A stretch of DNA of 36,709 nucleotides, taken from NCBI GenBank assembly GCA_044352465.1, contig JBILDU010000018.1, forward strand, positions 1 through 36,709, given 5' to 3'. The notes beneath the pieces are model-generated. The model made no database searches, was not told the origin of the DNA, and saw only the letters and a program-made list of their open reading frames with translations. The position numbers and the translations under genes were made by a program. Each line of letters starts with the position of its first letter. Positions within the stretch are counted from its first letter, which is position 1. Positions 27,421-36,587 of the stretch are shown here, piece by piece. This DNA comes from Bdellovibrionota bacterium. Its GTDB lineage: Bacteria > Bdellovibrionota_C > UBA2361.

Positions 27421-30400
27421 GTGGCTTATCTTCTTGGAGCAACACCTCCCTTGCCAACACCGACGACCACACCAAGGCAGCAACACACGCCAACTCCTCC
27501 GCCCGAATCACCGGGCGGAACCGACGGTATCCTCAATTCGGTGTTTAACTTCGGCCGGGAGCTCCGTCACGCCGTTCTCGGACGCTCCCTCACCCCGACC
27601 ACTATCGCCGCATTTCGACACGAGGCCCAAACAAACGAAGACTTCGCCCGCTCGATCTGGTGGAAGGGCATTCGCGATCAAACGCTCCTGACCGAACTCG
27701 CCCATATCGCCGCCGAGCACCATCCCGTTAATCTCGCGGCGTTCATCCCTCGTTTTGGCATTCAGGATGAGCGGGCCCGGCTTGAAATCGCGAAAACCGT
27801 CGCGCGAAAAGCCCCGAGCGGTGCCGGCGTATTCATCGATCACTTTCAGCTGCGGGAGGAAAAAGATCGCGCTGAGGTGGCGTTTATCATCGCAGCGCAC
27901 AGCGTGGCCGCCATCGCCGAAAATATCGCCAAGTTCAAAATCACCGCCGAACAAACCCGCAGCGAACTTGCGCTGGTTGCAGCGCAGCGTCACGGTGAGG
28001 AGCTTTCGCAGCGATTCGCCGATTTCAACATCACCACGGAGGCTTACCGGCTGGAGCTCGCGAAGGTTTGCGTCGCCCAGTATGAGGAATCACCCGACGG
28101 TACTCGCCGCCCCGCGAAAAACCGCACGTCACGGCACATCGAGAACTTCCAGCTCACCCCGGCCCAACTGGCTGAGGTTGCACGCCTCGCTGCGGATGTC
28201 CCGTGGAGCGACTTCCCCCAATACGTCGACCGCTACAAGATTACGGATCAGCGCACTCTCGAACAGCTCGCCCTTACCTCGATCGAGAAAAATGTCATCG
28301 GCACGATTGAAAATATCGAACGTTTTACTATCGCCGATCCACGAACTCGCACAGCGTTAGCTCGGCGCGCGGCCACGCGAGAGCCCTACGTCCTGATCTC
28401 CCATATCGAAGCGTTTAACCTCGAAGATGCGGTCATCCGCGGGGAGATTGCGTTGCAGTGCGCCGAGACCTGGCCATCTCGGGTGGCGAAAGCGATTAAA
28501 AGTTTTGGAATTGAGAGTGTCACGCTACGACTGCAACTCGCCCAAATGGCGATGCTCGCCGACCCGATAAAAAATCTCCCCACCATCATCAACAATTTCG
28601 GCTTATCTCATGCGCAGCTCGCCACTGAGGTCATCGATCCAGCGTTTAGCCAGCTCTTTAAAGGTTTTGCCAACACTGAGCTCAAAGCCCGCTCCACGAT
28701 GCTCCTCAGTAAGTATACCGCGAACCTGCGACAGCTCCTGACATCACCCGAGGACCTCGCGGCGCTCGGCCTCGATCCGAACGAGGCGCTCGCACTGGAG
28801 CCGCACGAGCGGATGCGCGCAATCGTTGACTACATTCAGAAACACGTCCCCCGCTTCGACGCCTCGCTCGGCGCGTTTCTCGGCGAAATACAGGCTGAAG
28901 AGCTCCTGCCCGCTGCGCTTGCCGCGACGATCTTTACGTGGGATTCGTGCGATCTTTCGCGCTATCCTCATCGAGCCCGTGCCGCACTCGCGCGAGTGAG
29001 TGGGTATGCTCTACCGACGGGGAAGCTCTCCCCGAACAGTGCCCGCGAAATGTGGGGTACCCTGATGACAGCCCACGAGCTTTGCGGCGGCGCACCCGCC
29101 AAATTCATCCCGGTGACCTTTGACGATCGCTCTCAAGCGCTCCGTCTTATCACCATCGGCGGCGCGATTGCTGGGTTGGGTGGGCGGCTCCCCCAGTATA
29201 CCGAACCTCTTGCTGGGGCCGCGATCGAGTCGGAGATCACGCGGCTCACTACCCTGCTTGAGAGAACTTTTGCCCATCAAATCGGGCTGTCCGCGCTTCA
29301 ACCGGGAAGTCTCGAGCGACTGTTACGCGAATGGGGTGGAGATATCACCCCTTTCTCAGTGCTCGCCGCCCGCTTCAGCCAGACGTCGGGATGGCGCGAA
29401 GAGCTCCCCGTATTAGCCGATATCGCCACCACAGTGCTGGGAGGAACTTTCCGCGACCGAAAGTACGCGCGGACCGACGGGCAACTGAGCTACCTCAACG
29501 ACCGTCAGCTTACCGCGTGGCGCGCAAATCCGTGCTCGCTGCAACTGCACACCGTTGCCCCTCAGGCCACGGGGGCGGAGACCGCCATTCGCGACTATGT
29601 CCGGGGCGTCTTCGAGACGAATCTCCTGATGCATCTTCCTGAAAATACGGCTCAACAGGTCACACCCGCGACACCCGCCGAGGTAACCCGTTTTGTTGGA
29701 CTGAGCGAGCGGGACCAAGCACGTGAGCGGCTCACACTCGCCGCGGCGGTAGGACTGCTACGTACGGCGATCGCTGTCGCCCCCCCGGAGGAATTGAAAC
29801 AAGCCGTGAGTGCGATACACGGATTGAAACAGGCGCTGCTTCGCCCGATCGCTGAGGACGATCCGATAACCGCGCGACAGCTCTCGGATGACCTCGGGAC
29901 ACTCAAAGATCTTTTCCGCTCGCGTAAGGGAACCGCTGGACAAGGCTACTATGTATTTTCGACAATTACCGACGATCCGAAGCTCCTCCTGATGACCGGC
30001 GACCTCGTCCAAAGCGCTTCGTGTCAGAACTACCGGAGCGGTTCGATGATCGGGACATTACCCGGATACGTCATCGACGGAAACATCAAACTCGCGCTCT
30101 CCTACGTCGTGAAGCAGCAGCTGTTCGATCGCACACTCGCTCAGATCGGTGTCACGACGGCGAGTAACTGCCGCTTCGCCTTCAACGCCCCACGCCAAGA
30201 GCTCGTCCTCACAGCGGGCGAGGGAAGCTTGGAGAGACAAGCGACGATTACCCTGGGATGTGCGATGCGGCGTGAGGTGCTACGGCTCGGCGCCCGCCAG
30301 GGCAAAGAGACGCCGGTCCTTCTCACTGAGCGAGCGTACTTACAACCTCACCCGGTCGACCAAGCGATTGCGCAGCAGCAGAACGAGCTCGCGACGACGG

Positions 30401-30540
30401 TGCGCACAGCCATCGGTGCCGCGGTCCCAACGAAGCATTTCACCACGATATTCCCGCCGAGTCGGAACCCCGGTGGGGTGTACTCAGACGAGTGCATAGG
30501 CATCAAGAAGGGTTCTTACGAGTATTGCCCGGCCTCCTAG
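27421..30540 (+). CDS. Large hypothetical protein: Pro/Thr-rich N-terminus, about ten 30-aa helical repeats, conserved-looking C-terminal domain
   Basis: A 1039-codon ORF with clear internal periodicity. The start is uncertain (GTG, no clear RBS). Confidence 0.85.
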   Translation: MAYLLGATPPLPTPTTTPRQQHTPTPPPESPGGTDGILNSVFNFGRELRHAVLGRSLTPTTIAAFRHEAQTNEDFARSIWWKGIRDQTLLTELAHIAAEHHPVNLAAFIPRFGIQDERARLEIAKTVARKAPSGAGVFIDHFQLREEKDRAEVAFIIAAHSVAAIAENIAKFKITAEQTRSELALVAAQRHGEELSQRFADFNITTEAYRLELAKVCVAQYEESPDGTRRPAKNRTSRHIENFQLTPAQLAEVARLAADVPWSDFPQYVDRYKITDQRTLEQLALTSIEKNVIGTIENIERFTIADPRTRTALARRAATREPYVLISHIEAFNLEDAVIRGEIALQCAETWPSRVAKAIKSFGIESVTLRLQLAQMAMLADPIKNLPTIINNFGLSHAQLATEVIDPAFSQLFKGFANTELKARSTMLLSKYTANLRQLLTSPEDLAALGLDPNEALALEPHERMRAIVDYIQKHVPRFDASLGAFLGEIQAEELLPAALAATIFTWDSCDLSRYPHRARAALARVSGYALPTGKLSPNSAREMWGTLMTAHELCGGAPAKFIPVTFDDRSQALRLITIGGAIAGLGGRLPQYTEPLAGAAIESEITRLTTLLERTFAHQIGLSALQPGSLERLLREWGGDITPFSVLAARFSQTSGWREELPVLADIATTVLGGTFRDRKYARTDGQLSYLNDRQLTAWRANPCSLQLHTVAPQATGAETAIRDYVRGVFETNLLMHLPENTAQQVTPATPAEVTRFVGLSERDQARERLTLAAAVGLLRTAIAVAPPEELKQAVSAIHGLKQALLRPIAEDDPITARQLSDDLGTLKDLFRSRKGTAGQGYYVFSTITDDPKLLLMTGDLVQSASCQNYRSGSMIGTLPGYVIDGNIKLALSYVVKQQLFDRTLAQIGVTTASNCRFAFNAPRQELVLTAGEGSLERQATITLGCAMRREVLRLGARQGKETPVLLTERAYLQPHPVDQAIAQQQNELATTVRTAIGAAVPTKHFTTIFPPSRNPGGVYSDECIGIKKGSYEYCPAS
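27655..28640 (+). repeat. Protein-level tandem repeat, 10 full units plus 1 partial unit of about 30 aa
   Basis: Example units: IPRFGIQDERARLEIAKTVARKAPSGAGVF, IDHFQLREEKDRAEVAFIIAAHSVAAIAEN, IERFTIADPRTRTALARRAATREPYVLISH. Consensus IxxFxIxD/ExxxRxE(L/I)AxxxA. Confidence 0.85.
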
Positions 30541-30594
30541 ACAACTCGCGAGCAGACTCGGATAACGATACTTTTTACCGCCCGGGCGAAAGAC

Positions 30595-32193
30595 CTACGC
30601 CCCCCCACCGTCCCGACCGAGAATAGTATCATGCCGCTCCGCCTCACGCGGCTCCGGGTAGTCGAGGTTGTAGTGGAGCCCCCGACTCTCGTGACGCGCA
30701 AGGGCGCAACGGATCACGAGCTTCGCCACGAGATTCAGGTTGCGTAGTTCGAGGAGATTCGAGGTTACGTAGAAGTTCCAATAGTAATCCTCGATCTCTT
30801 GCTCGATAAGCTCACAGCGCCGCAACGCCCGCTCGAGCCGCTTATCGGTGCGCACGATACCCACGTAGTTCCACATAAAACGACGGATCTCGTCCCAGTT
30901 CTGCTTGATAACGACCTGCTCGTCGCTACTCGTCGCCGACCCCGGGTTCCACGCTGGTACCTGCTCAACCGCGAAAAAGGCGCGCAGCTTTGCCATCGAA
31001 TCGTGCGCCGCGCGGTAGCCAAACACGAGTCCCTCAAGGAGCGAGTTCGACGCGAGGCGATTAGCCCCGTGAAGCCCTGTATGGGCGCACTCACCCGCCG
31101 CATAGAGCCCCTCAATATCGGTGCGACCGTGAGCATCAACGACGATACCACCACACAGATAGTGTGCTGCCGGCACTACCGGTACTGGTCCGGTGGTGAT
31201 ATCGAATCCGAACTCGCGACACCGCTGATAAATCGTGGGGAAATGCTCCCGCACGAATGCGGGATCGCGGTGAGAGATATCGAGCAACACATGGTCGTCG
31301 CCATGTTTTTTCATCTCGTTATCGATAGCGCGGGCCACAACATCACGGGGTGCAAGTTCACCATCAGGGTGATACTTCACCATGAACTCCTCGCCATCAA
31401 CGCGTCGGAGCTTTGCGCCTTCCCCCCGCATCGCCTCAGTAATGAGGAAAGATTTCGCCCGCGGATGATAGAGACAGGTCGGGTGAAACTGGAAGAACTC
31501 CATATTAGCCACCCGCGCCCCCGCGCGATAACTCATCGCAATACCATCTCCGGTCGCGACGTCAGGGTTCGAGGTGTAGAGATAGACTTTTCCCGCTCCC
31601 CCCGTGGCCATCAAGATCTTATCGGCGAGAAAAACCTCGACGGTACGATCGTTCAAAAGGACGTATGCACCCACCGCTCGATTCGGCTCGCTCGGATTTA
31701 AACCGAGTTTATGGGTCGTGATGAGATCGATCGCGTTGGCAAAGGTAAAAAAGGTGATCTGCGGATGTTTCTTCGCCGCTTCCAGGAGCGAGCGCTGGAT
31801 CTCAGCGCCTGTGGCATCAGCGGCGTGAAAGATTCGGCGGCGCGAGTGCCCCCCTTCACGATGGAGATGAAAACCTCCCCCGACCGAATCTTTATCGAAA
31901 TTCGCCCCCCGAGCGATAAGTTCTCTCACTCGCTCCGGTCCCTCAGTAACAACGATTTCAACAATATCCGGGTGACACAGGCCCGCTCCGGCGACCTCGG
32001 TATCTTTCTGGTGTAGCTCGTACGTATCGTCAGCGCTGGTGACCGCAGCGACACCGCCTTGCGCCCATGAGGTTGAGGATTCTTGCATCCCCTTTTTAAA
32101 GAGGATCGCCACACGCCCAGCCGCAGCGACCTCAAGCGCATAGGTTAGCCCAGCGATTCCGCCACCGATTACAAGAAAGTCGAAACGATTCAT
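30595..32193 (-). CDS. nadB: L-aspartate oxidase
   Basis: GGGIAGL FAD motif, WAQGGVAAV, REGGHSRRRIFH, QFHPT, LAPRDVVARAI, GLHGANRLASNSLLEG and ESRGLHY. Confidence 0.96.
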   Translation of the reverse strand: MNRFDFLVIGGGIAGLTYALEVAAAGRVAILFKKGMQESSTSWAQGGVAAVTSADDTYELHQKDTEVAGAGLCHPDIVEIVVTEGPERVRELIARGANFDKDSVGGGFHLHREGGHSRRRIFHAADATGAEIQRSLLEAAKKHPQITFFTFANAIDLITTHKLGLNPSEPNRAVGAYVLLNDRTVEVFLADKILMATGGAGKVYLYTSNPDVATGDGIAMSYRAGARVANMEFFQFHPTCLYHPRAKSFLITEAMRGEGAKLRRVDGEEFMVKYHPDGELAPRDVVARAIDNEMKKHGDDHVLLDISHRDPAFVREHFPTIYQRCREFGFDITTGPVPVVPAAHYLCGGIVVDAHGRTDIEGLYAAGECAHTGLHGANRLASNSLLEGLVFGYRAAHDSMAKLRAFFAVEQVPAWNPGSATSSDEQVVIKQNWDEIRRFMWNYVGIVRTDKRLERALRRCELIEQEIEDYYWNFYVTSNLLELRNLNLVAKLVIRCALARHESRGLHYNLDYPEPREAERHDTILGRDGGGA

Positions 32194-32383
32194 ACGACTC
32201 CATCGCCCACTAAGGGGGAGCCCAACCGTAACATAACTGCGACCCGGTGTCTTTGATGAGACAAAAGGTAAAGAACTGAGGCGAAACGGGGCATTACGAA
32301 GCCTCAGTCATTACCTCACAGGCCATCACAAAAGCGACCCATGACGTAAAGACCGAGCTTCGCGCACTCGCCCTTGACGAGGC

Positions 32384-32776
32384 TTACTTTGCTTTCAAGA
32401 GATCGCGAATCTCACCGAGAAGCACCACGTCCGCCGGCGGAGTAGCTGGCTTGGTATCTGCTCCTAAGCGCACCTTGTTCATCGCCTTAATGAGGAGAAA
32501 AAGCGCAAACGCGATGATGAGGAAGTTCACCACCGTCTGGATGAACGCCCCGTAGTTGATGGTCACGACCGGCATCCCCTCAAGTACCTGGGGCAGACTG
32601 AACTTAAGTCCCTTAAAATCGACCCCACCGATGACAAGTCCAAGGGGAGGAGTGATGACGTCCTGGACCAGTGACTTCACAATGTCGTTAAAGGCAGCGC
32701 CGATAATGATGCCCACCGCCATGTCAGCGACGTTCCCTTTGACGGCGAAATCACGAAACTCTTTTATCATCCCCAT
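32384..32776 (-). CDS. mscL: Large-conductance mechanosensitive channel
   Basis: MIKEFRDFAVKGNVADMAVGIIIGAAF, YGAFI and LLGEIRDLLK; ATG 32776 has GGAGAG upstream. Confidence 0.96.
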   Translation of the reverse strand: MGMIKEFRDFAVKGNVADMAVGIIIGAAFNDIVKSLVQDVITPPLGLVIGGVDFKGLKFSLPQVLEGMPVVTINYGAFIQTVVNFLIIAFALFLLIKAMNKVRLGADTKPATPPADVVLLGEIRDLLKAK

Positions 32777-33092
32777 ACCGAACTCTCCAAAAAATCGGGT
32801 GAAACCGCTTCGGTGGGAATATGCCTGAAACAGCACACCGCGAGCAAGGTGGTCTCGCCTATCTCCTGTAGTAAGTTTTTTCACCTCCTGGACCGATGGG
32901 TGGAGAGGTCCCCCTGTCGACCTTTTCTATGCCGGGAGCGATGCCTCTGGACAGGAACGCGCAGGGGCACCCGACAAAGCAAGAACTCGTACCCCGCCCA
33001 TCGGATAACTGCTCGGGGTACAAAACTCCCGAACAGAGGCCGAGCCCGGCGGCTCGATTGCCCCCGACAAATCGCCTCGCTAAAGTGAGGGT

Positions 33093-34157
33093 ATGCTTAC
33101 TCACGCACACTACATGACAGAGTGTTTGACCCTCGCCGCTCGTGGCGCCGGTGCAGTCGCTCCGAATCCCCGGGTGGGTGCGTTAATCGTTCACGGCGAG
33201 AGGATCCTCGGACGGGGATTTCACGAGGCCTTCGGTGGACCCCATGCAGAGGTCAACGCCGTGCGCTCGGTGAACGATCCGACGTTGCTCTCCCAGAGCA
33301 CCCTCTACGTTTCGCTCGAGCCGTGTTGCCACTTCGGCAAAACCCCGCCATGCACCGACCTGATTATCGAGTCGAAGATCCCGCGAGTTGTCATCGGCAT
33401 CACCGATATTTTCGCCAAAGTGGCTGGCGGGGGAATACAAAGGCTCCGGGACGCCGGGGTAGAGGTCACCCTGAACGTCTGCGCTGAGGCGTGCTTCGAG
33501 ATGAATCGCCGTTTTTTTACTTTCCACGCACTCAAACGACCGTACGTGATTTTAAAATGGGCCGAGACGAGTGACCGCTACCTTGCGCGTCTCGATGGAA
33601 CGTCCCGTTGGATCACCGGTGAGGAGGCCCGTACAGAGGTGCACCGGTGGCGCGCCGAGGAGGCCTCGATAATGGTAGGTAGACGCACCGCCGAGCTCGA
33701 CGACCCTGCTCTCACGGTGCGTCATGTCACCGGTCGCCATCCGCTCCGAGTCGTCCTCGATAGAGAACTTACCCTACCGCCCAATCTTCAGCTCTTCGAT
33801 CGTTCAACACCGACCCTCATCTTTAATGCGCTGCGCCAGGGAGCAGAGCCGAACATCGAGTATATTAAAGTCGCGCCGACGTTACCACTGCATGCGATCC
33901 TGACCGAGCTACACACACGAGGTGTTCTTTCAGTTATTATTGAGGGAGGCGGAAAGTTGTTAAGCAGCGTGGTGAACGCCGACCTCTGGGACGAGGCCCG
34001 CGTATTTCGGAATCCACACCTTACTTTCGGGGCGGGGGTCGAGGCGCCGCGACTCGCCCTCGCTCCGCACCACCTCTCGATGATAGGCTCCGACGAACTC
34101 ACAATCTATCGCAACCACTCGTTCGACGCGGTGAAAGCGCGGTGTATCCACGGATAA
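33093..34157 (+). CDS. ribD: Bifunctional diaminohydroxyphosphoribosylaminopyrimidine deaminase / reductase
   Basis: PNPRVGA, PHAE, LEPCCHFGKTPPC (Zn site), DDPALTVR and IEGGGKL. Confidence 0.96.
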   Translation: MLTHAHYMTECLTLAARGAGAVAPNPRVGALIVHGERILGRGFHEAFGGPHAEVNAVRSVNDPTLLSQSTLYVSLEPCCHFGKTPPCTDLIIESKIPRVVIGITDIFAKVAGGGIQRLRDAGVEVTLNVCAEACFEMNRRFFTFHALKRPYVILKWAETSDRYLARLDGTSRWITGEEARTEVHRWRAEEASIMVGRRTAELDDPALTVRHVTGRHPLRVVLDRELTLPPNLQLFDRSTPTLIFNALRQGAEPNIEYIKVAPTLPLHAILTELHTRGVLSVIIEGGGKLLSSVVNADLWDEARVFRNPHLTFGAGVEAPRLALAPHHLSMIGSDELTIYRNHSFDAVKARCIHG

Positions 34158-34201
34158 ACTGAGAAAAAAAGTCCCGCTGGAGAGCCGTGTTCCGCTTACC
34201 C

Positions 34202-35272
34202 CTAGCGCTGGGGGTATTCGAAGACCGCGATCGGGCGAATGAACTCCGGGGGAGGTGGGCATATCGCGCGAGCGACATCCCCGGTAACGATGAAACCGGA
34301 CACGGTGTTGGACTGAAGAAACTCCAGATACCCGCGCAGATCGATCTTGAGCAGTACTCCCCGTTCCCCGAGCTCGTGGGCATGCTGCGATAGGGCAACC
34401 TCCTCGCGCCGACAGATGTCGTGGAAAGGATCGTCTTGGATGTAGTTCGCGAGCCCGCGATACACGTCCTCCCAGTCGAGGGTGCCAGCCATAAAAAAGC
34501 CGCCGGCCTGCCCAAAGTCTTCGCCTCCTCGGGAGCCCGCGGTTATCCAAGCGCCTTTCAAAGCCTCGTACGTAAAGAGGCCGGTCGCATGATACATCTC
34601 GGTGACTCCGCGCTCGACAAGTTGTCGCACTACCGCTGCGATACTCAGCTCAATCCCACCTCCTCTACCTTGCGAGAACCGGCGTTCCTCGTCCATCGCG
34701 AGGTTGGAGAGGTCGAGCTCTGCCATAATCGGGGTAACGGTCATCCCCTTATTTTGCAGAAACGTCTCGAAAGTTGCACGGTCGTCGCGTGAGAGCGCGT
34801 CGCTTGTCGCATCGTAGGGACGGATGGTCGCACCAGCTATCCGGCCACCCAAAGCCTCACGAACAACACGGATCTCTGGATTGATCGGGAGCTCTGGCGG
34901 AGGGGCTTCTACGCTTAAGCCGCCCTCCTCGAGTATGAACACCGACTCGTAGCTGAGCGGTCGCACGAATGCGCCCGCATGGGAGAACCACTGGAGCGCC
35001 GAATTTCCCACTTTGTCTTCAAGGCAGGCCCTGATCCACTGCACCGAGTCGAGAGAGATAGCGCCACTCAGAACCTCCTCGGTCGCTCGCTCAAGCGCTG
35101 CGAGCTCGCTAAGACGAAGCTTCTCAGCCTCGGGCGAGCGGCGCTCGACCGAGCCTAGTCGTTCAAGTATGAATCCCCGCTCCTCCAGAGCGAGAAGCAC
35201 CCCATCGATATCCGCGTTGGTGTCGCTGATATCAAATCGTTGCGCCGTCGCGGGGTTCGGTCCAAGGGTCAT
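34202..35272 (-). CDS. Hypothetical protein with a putative C-terminal ADP-ribosyltransferase-fold domain
   Basis: A 356-codon ORF. The C-terminal third has MYHATG, EDFGQAGGFFMA, GVLLKIDL and PPEFI in the order of ART-fold core strands. Confidence 0.55.
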   Translation of the reverse strand: MTLGPNPATAQRFDISDTNADIDGVLLALEERGFILERLGSVERRSPEAEKLRLSELAALERATEEVLSGAISLDSVQWIRACLEDKVGNSALQWFSHAGAFVRPLSYESVFILEEGGLSVEAPPPELPINPEIRVVREALGGRIAGATIRPYDATSDALSRDDRATFETFLQNKGMTVTPIMAELDLSNLAMDEERRFSQGRGGGIELSIAAVVRQLVERGVTEMYHATGLFTYEALKGAWITAGSRGGEDFGQAGGFFMAGTLDWEDVYRGLANYIQDDPFHDICRREEVALSQHAHELGERGVLLKIDLRGYLEFLQSNTVSGFIVTGDVARAICPPPPEFIRPIAVFEYPQR

Positions 35273-35390
35273 CAGTGGAGCCTCTTCATTGCCTCAGAAA
35301 TGTTATGGGGGCATCCCACGGCGAAAAGGCTTAATTGATCTTCCCCCCGTATCTTAGACACCGGTACTTCAATTTTGGTAAGGTGCTGGA

Positions 35391-35656
35391 ATGACTAAAA
35401 GATATCCGCAGGCCGTGAAGGACGAGGTTCTTAGGGATCCGCGAGGGGCGCAAGAGTCGTGGAAGTTGCCCGGGAACACGGCACCAACGAGATGACGGTG
35501 CGGAACTGGCTTGAGCGGGACACGGCGGCTGGTGCATCCGAGATCCTTGAAACGAGCCGCCTTCGGCGCGAGAACGAGGCGCTGTTGAGGCTTGTTGGTC
35601 AACTGACGTACGAGTCGGAGCAGCAGAAAAAAAATCAGCGCCGTGCTGGTCGCTGA
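35391..35656 (+). pseudogene. IS3-family orfA (HTH plus coiled coil), frameshifted near 35435-35455
   Basis: ATG 35391 gives MTKRYPQAVKDEVL and then goes out of frame. The HTH/zipper part (RVVEVAREHGTNEMTVRNWL...LRRENEALLRLVGQLT) is in another frame that has a TAG just upstream. This could be a real lesion or a sequencing error. Confidence 0.7.
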
Positions 35657-36587
35657 ACCAGCGAGTAAGTCACAGATGGCTCGGGAGCTTAGGATCAGCC
35701 GAGCGAGTCTGTACTACAAGCACAAGCTACCAACGAGAGATGAGGCGCTTCGCCGTGAGATTGAACGGGTGATGGAGGCGAATCCCGGGTACGGCTCGCC
35801 GCGGGTGGCACTTGCACTCAAGATCAACGAGAAGCGTGCTGCGCGCGTGATGCGAAAGTTTGGGTTAAAGCCAGCCAGACGCTCGAGGATGCCCCGAAAG
35901 CGGCAGGATGAAGGCAGAGCATCTCTTTCGTACCCGAATATCCTAGGGCGGTTATCGCCGCTTGCGCCCAACGTGGTCTGGGCGAGCGATTTTACGTTCA
36001 TATCGTACCGGGGAGCGTTCGTGTACCTGTGCACCGTCATCGACGTGTTCACGGGGGAGGTGCTCGGATTCAATATTTCCCGAACCCACGATGCTGCGTT
36101 CGTGCGTGTTGCGATTGAACGTGCCATCCGCAAGACAGAGACGGTGCCACTCTGGTTTCATTCCGACCAAGGAAGCGAGTACGCCTCGGAGGATATCTCC
36201 GCGTGGCTCACGAAGCAGGGCGTCACCATCTCGATGAATCCCAAGGGCTCTCCGTGGTGCAACGGCTCACAGGAGTCGTTCTTTGGGCGCTTCAAGGTTG
36301 AGTTTGGCGACTTCGGGCGATTCGATACCTACGCCGACTTGCTCGAAGAGCTCTACGCCCAACTCCACTACTTCACGCACGTGCGCATTAAAACCAAACT
36401 CAAAATGGCACCCGCTGAATTTCGCCTCGCCTGGGAAGAGAAGCAATACAGGTTATCCACAGCTTGTGAGTCTCCCCCGCACCCCCTCTTCCCCCCATCC
36501 ATGGCTACAGACGACCGCGCTGGCTGCGCTGCGCTTGAGCTCGCCGAAACGGCTCCGCTCCGCGCAGCCAGCGCTCCTTCAGGTTGA
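35643..36587 (+). CDS. IS3-family transposase OrfB (DDE integrase core)
   Basis: ISRASLYY, YGSPRV, VWASDFT (D), FHSDQGSEY (D) and NGSQESFFGRFKVE (E). Confidence 0.92.
   Translation: MLVAEPASKSQMARELRISRASLYYKHKLPTRDEALRREIERVMEANPGYGSPRVALALKINEKRAARVMRKFGLKPARRSRMPRKRQDEGRASLSYPNILGRLSPLAPNVVWASDFTFISYRGAFVYLCTVIDVFTGEVLGFNISRTHDAAFVRVAIERAIRKTETVPLWFHSDQGSEYASEDISAWLTKQGVTISMNPKGSPWCNGSQESFFGRFKVEFGDFGRFDTYADLLEELYAQLHYFTHVRIKTKLKMAPAEFRLAWEEKQYRLSTACESPPHPLFPPSMATDDRAGCAALELAETAPLRAASAPSG
36453..36461 (+). promoter_or_regulatory. Perfect DnaA box inside the IS, near its right end
   Basis: TTATCCACA. A single box can occur by chance. Confidence 0.3.
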
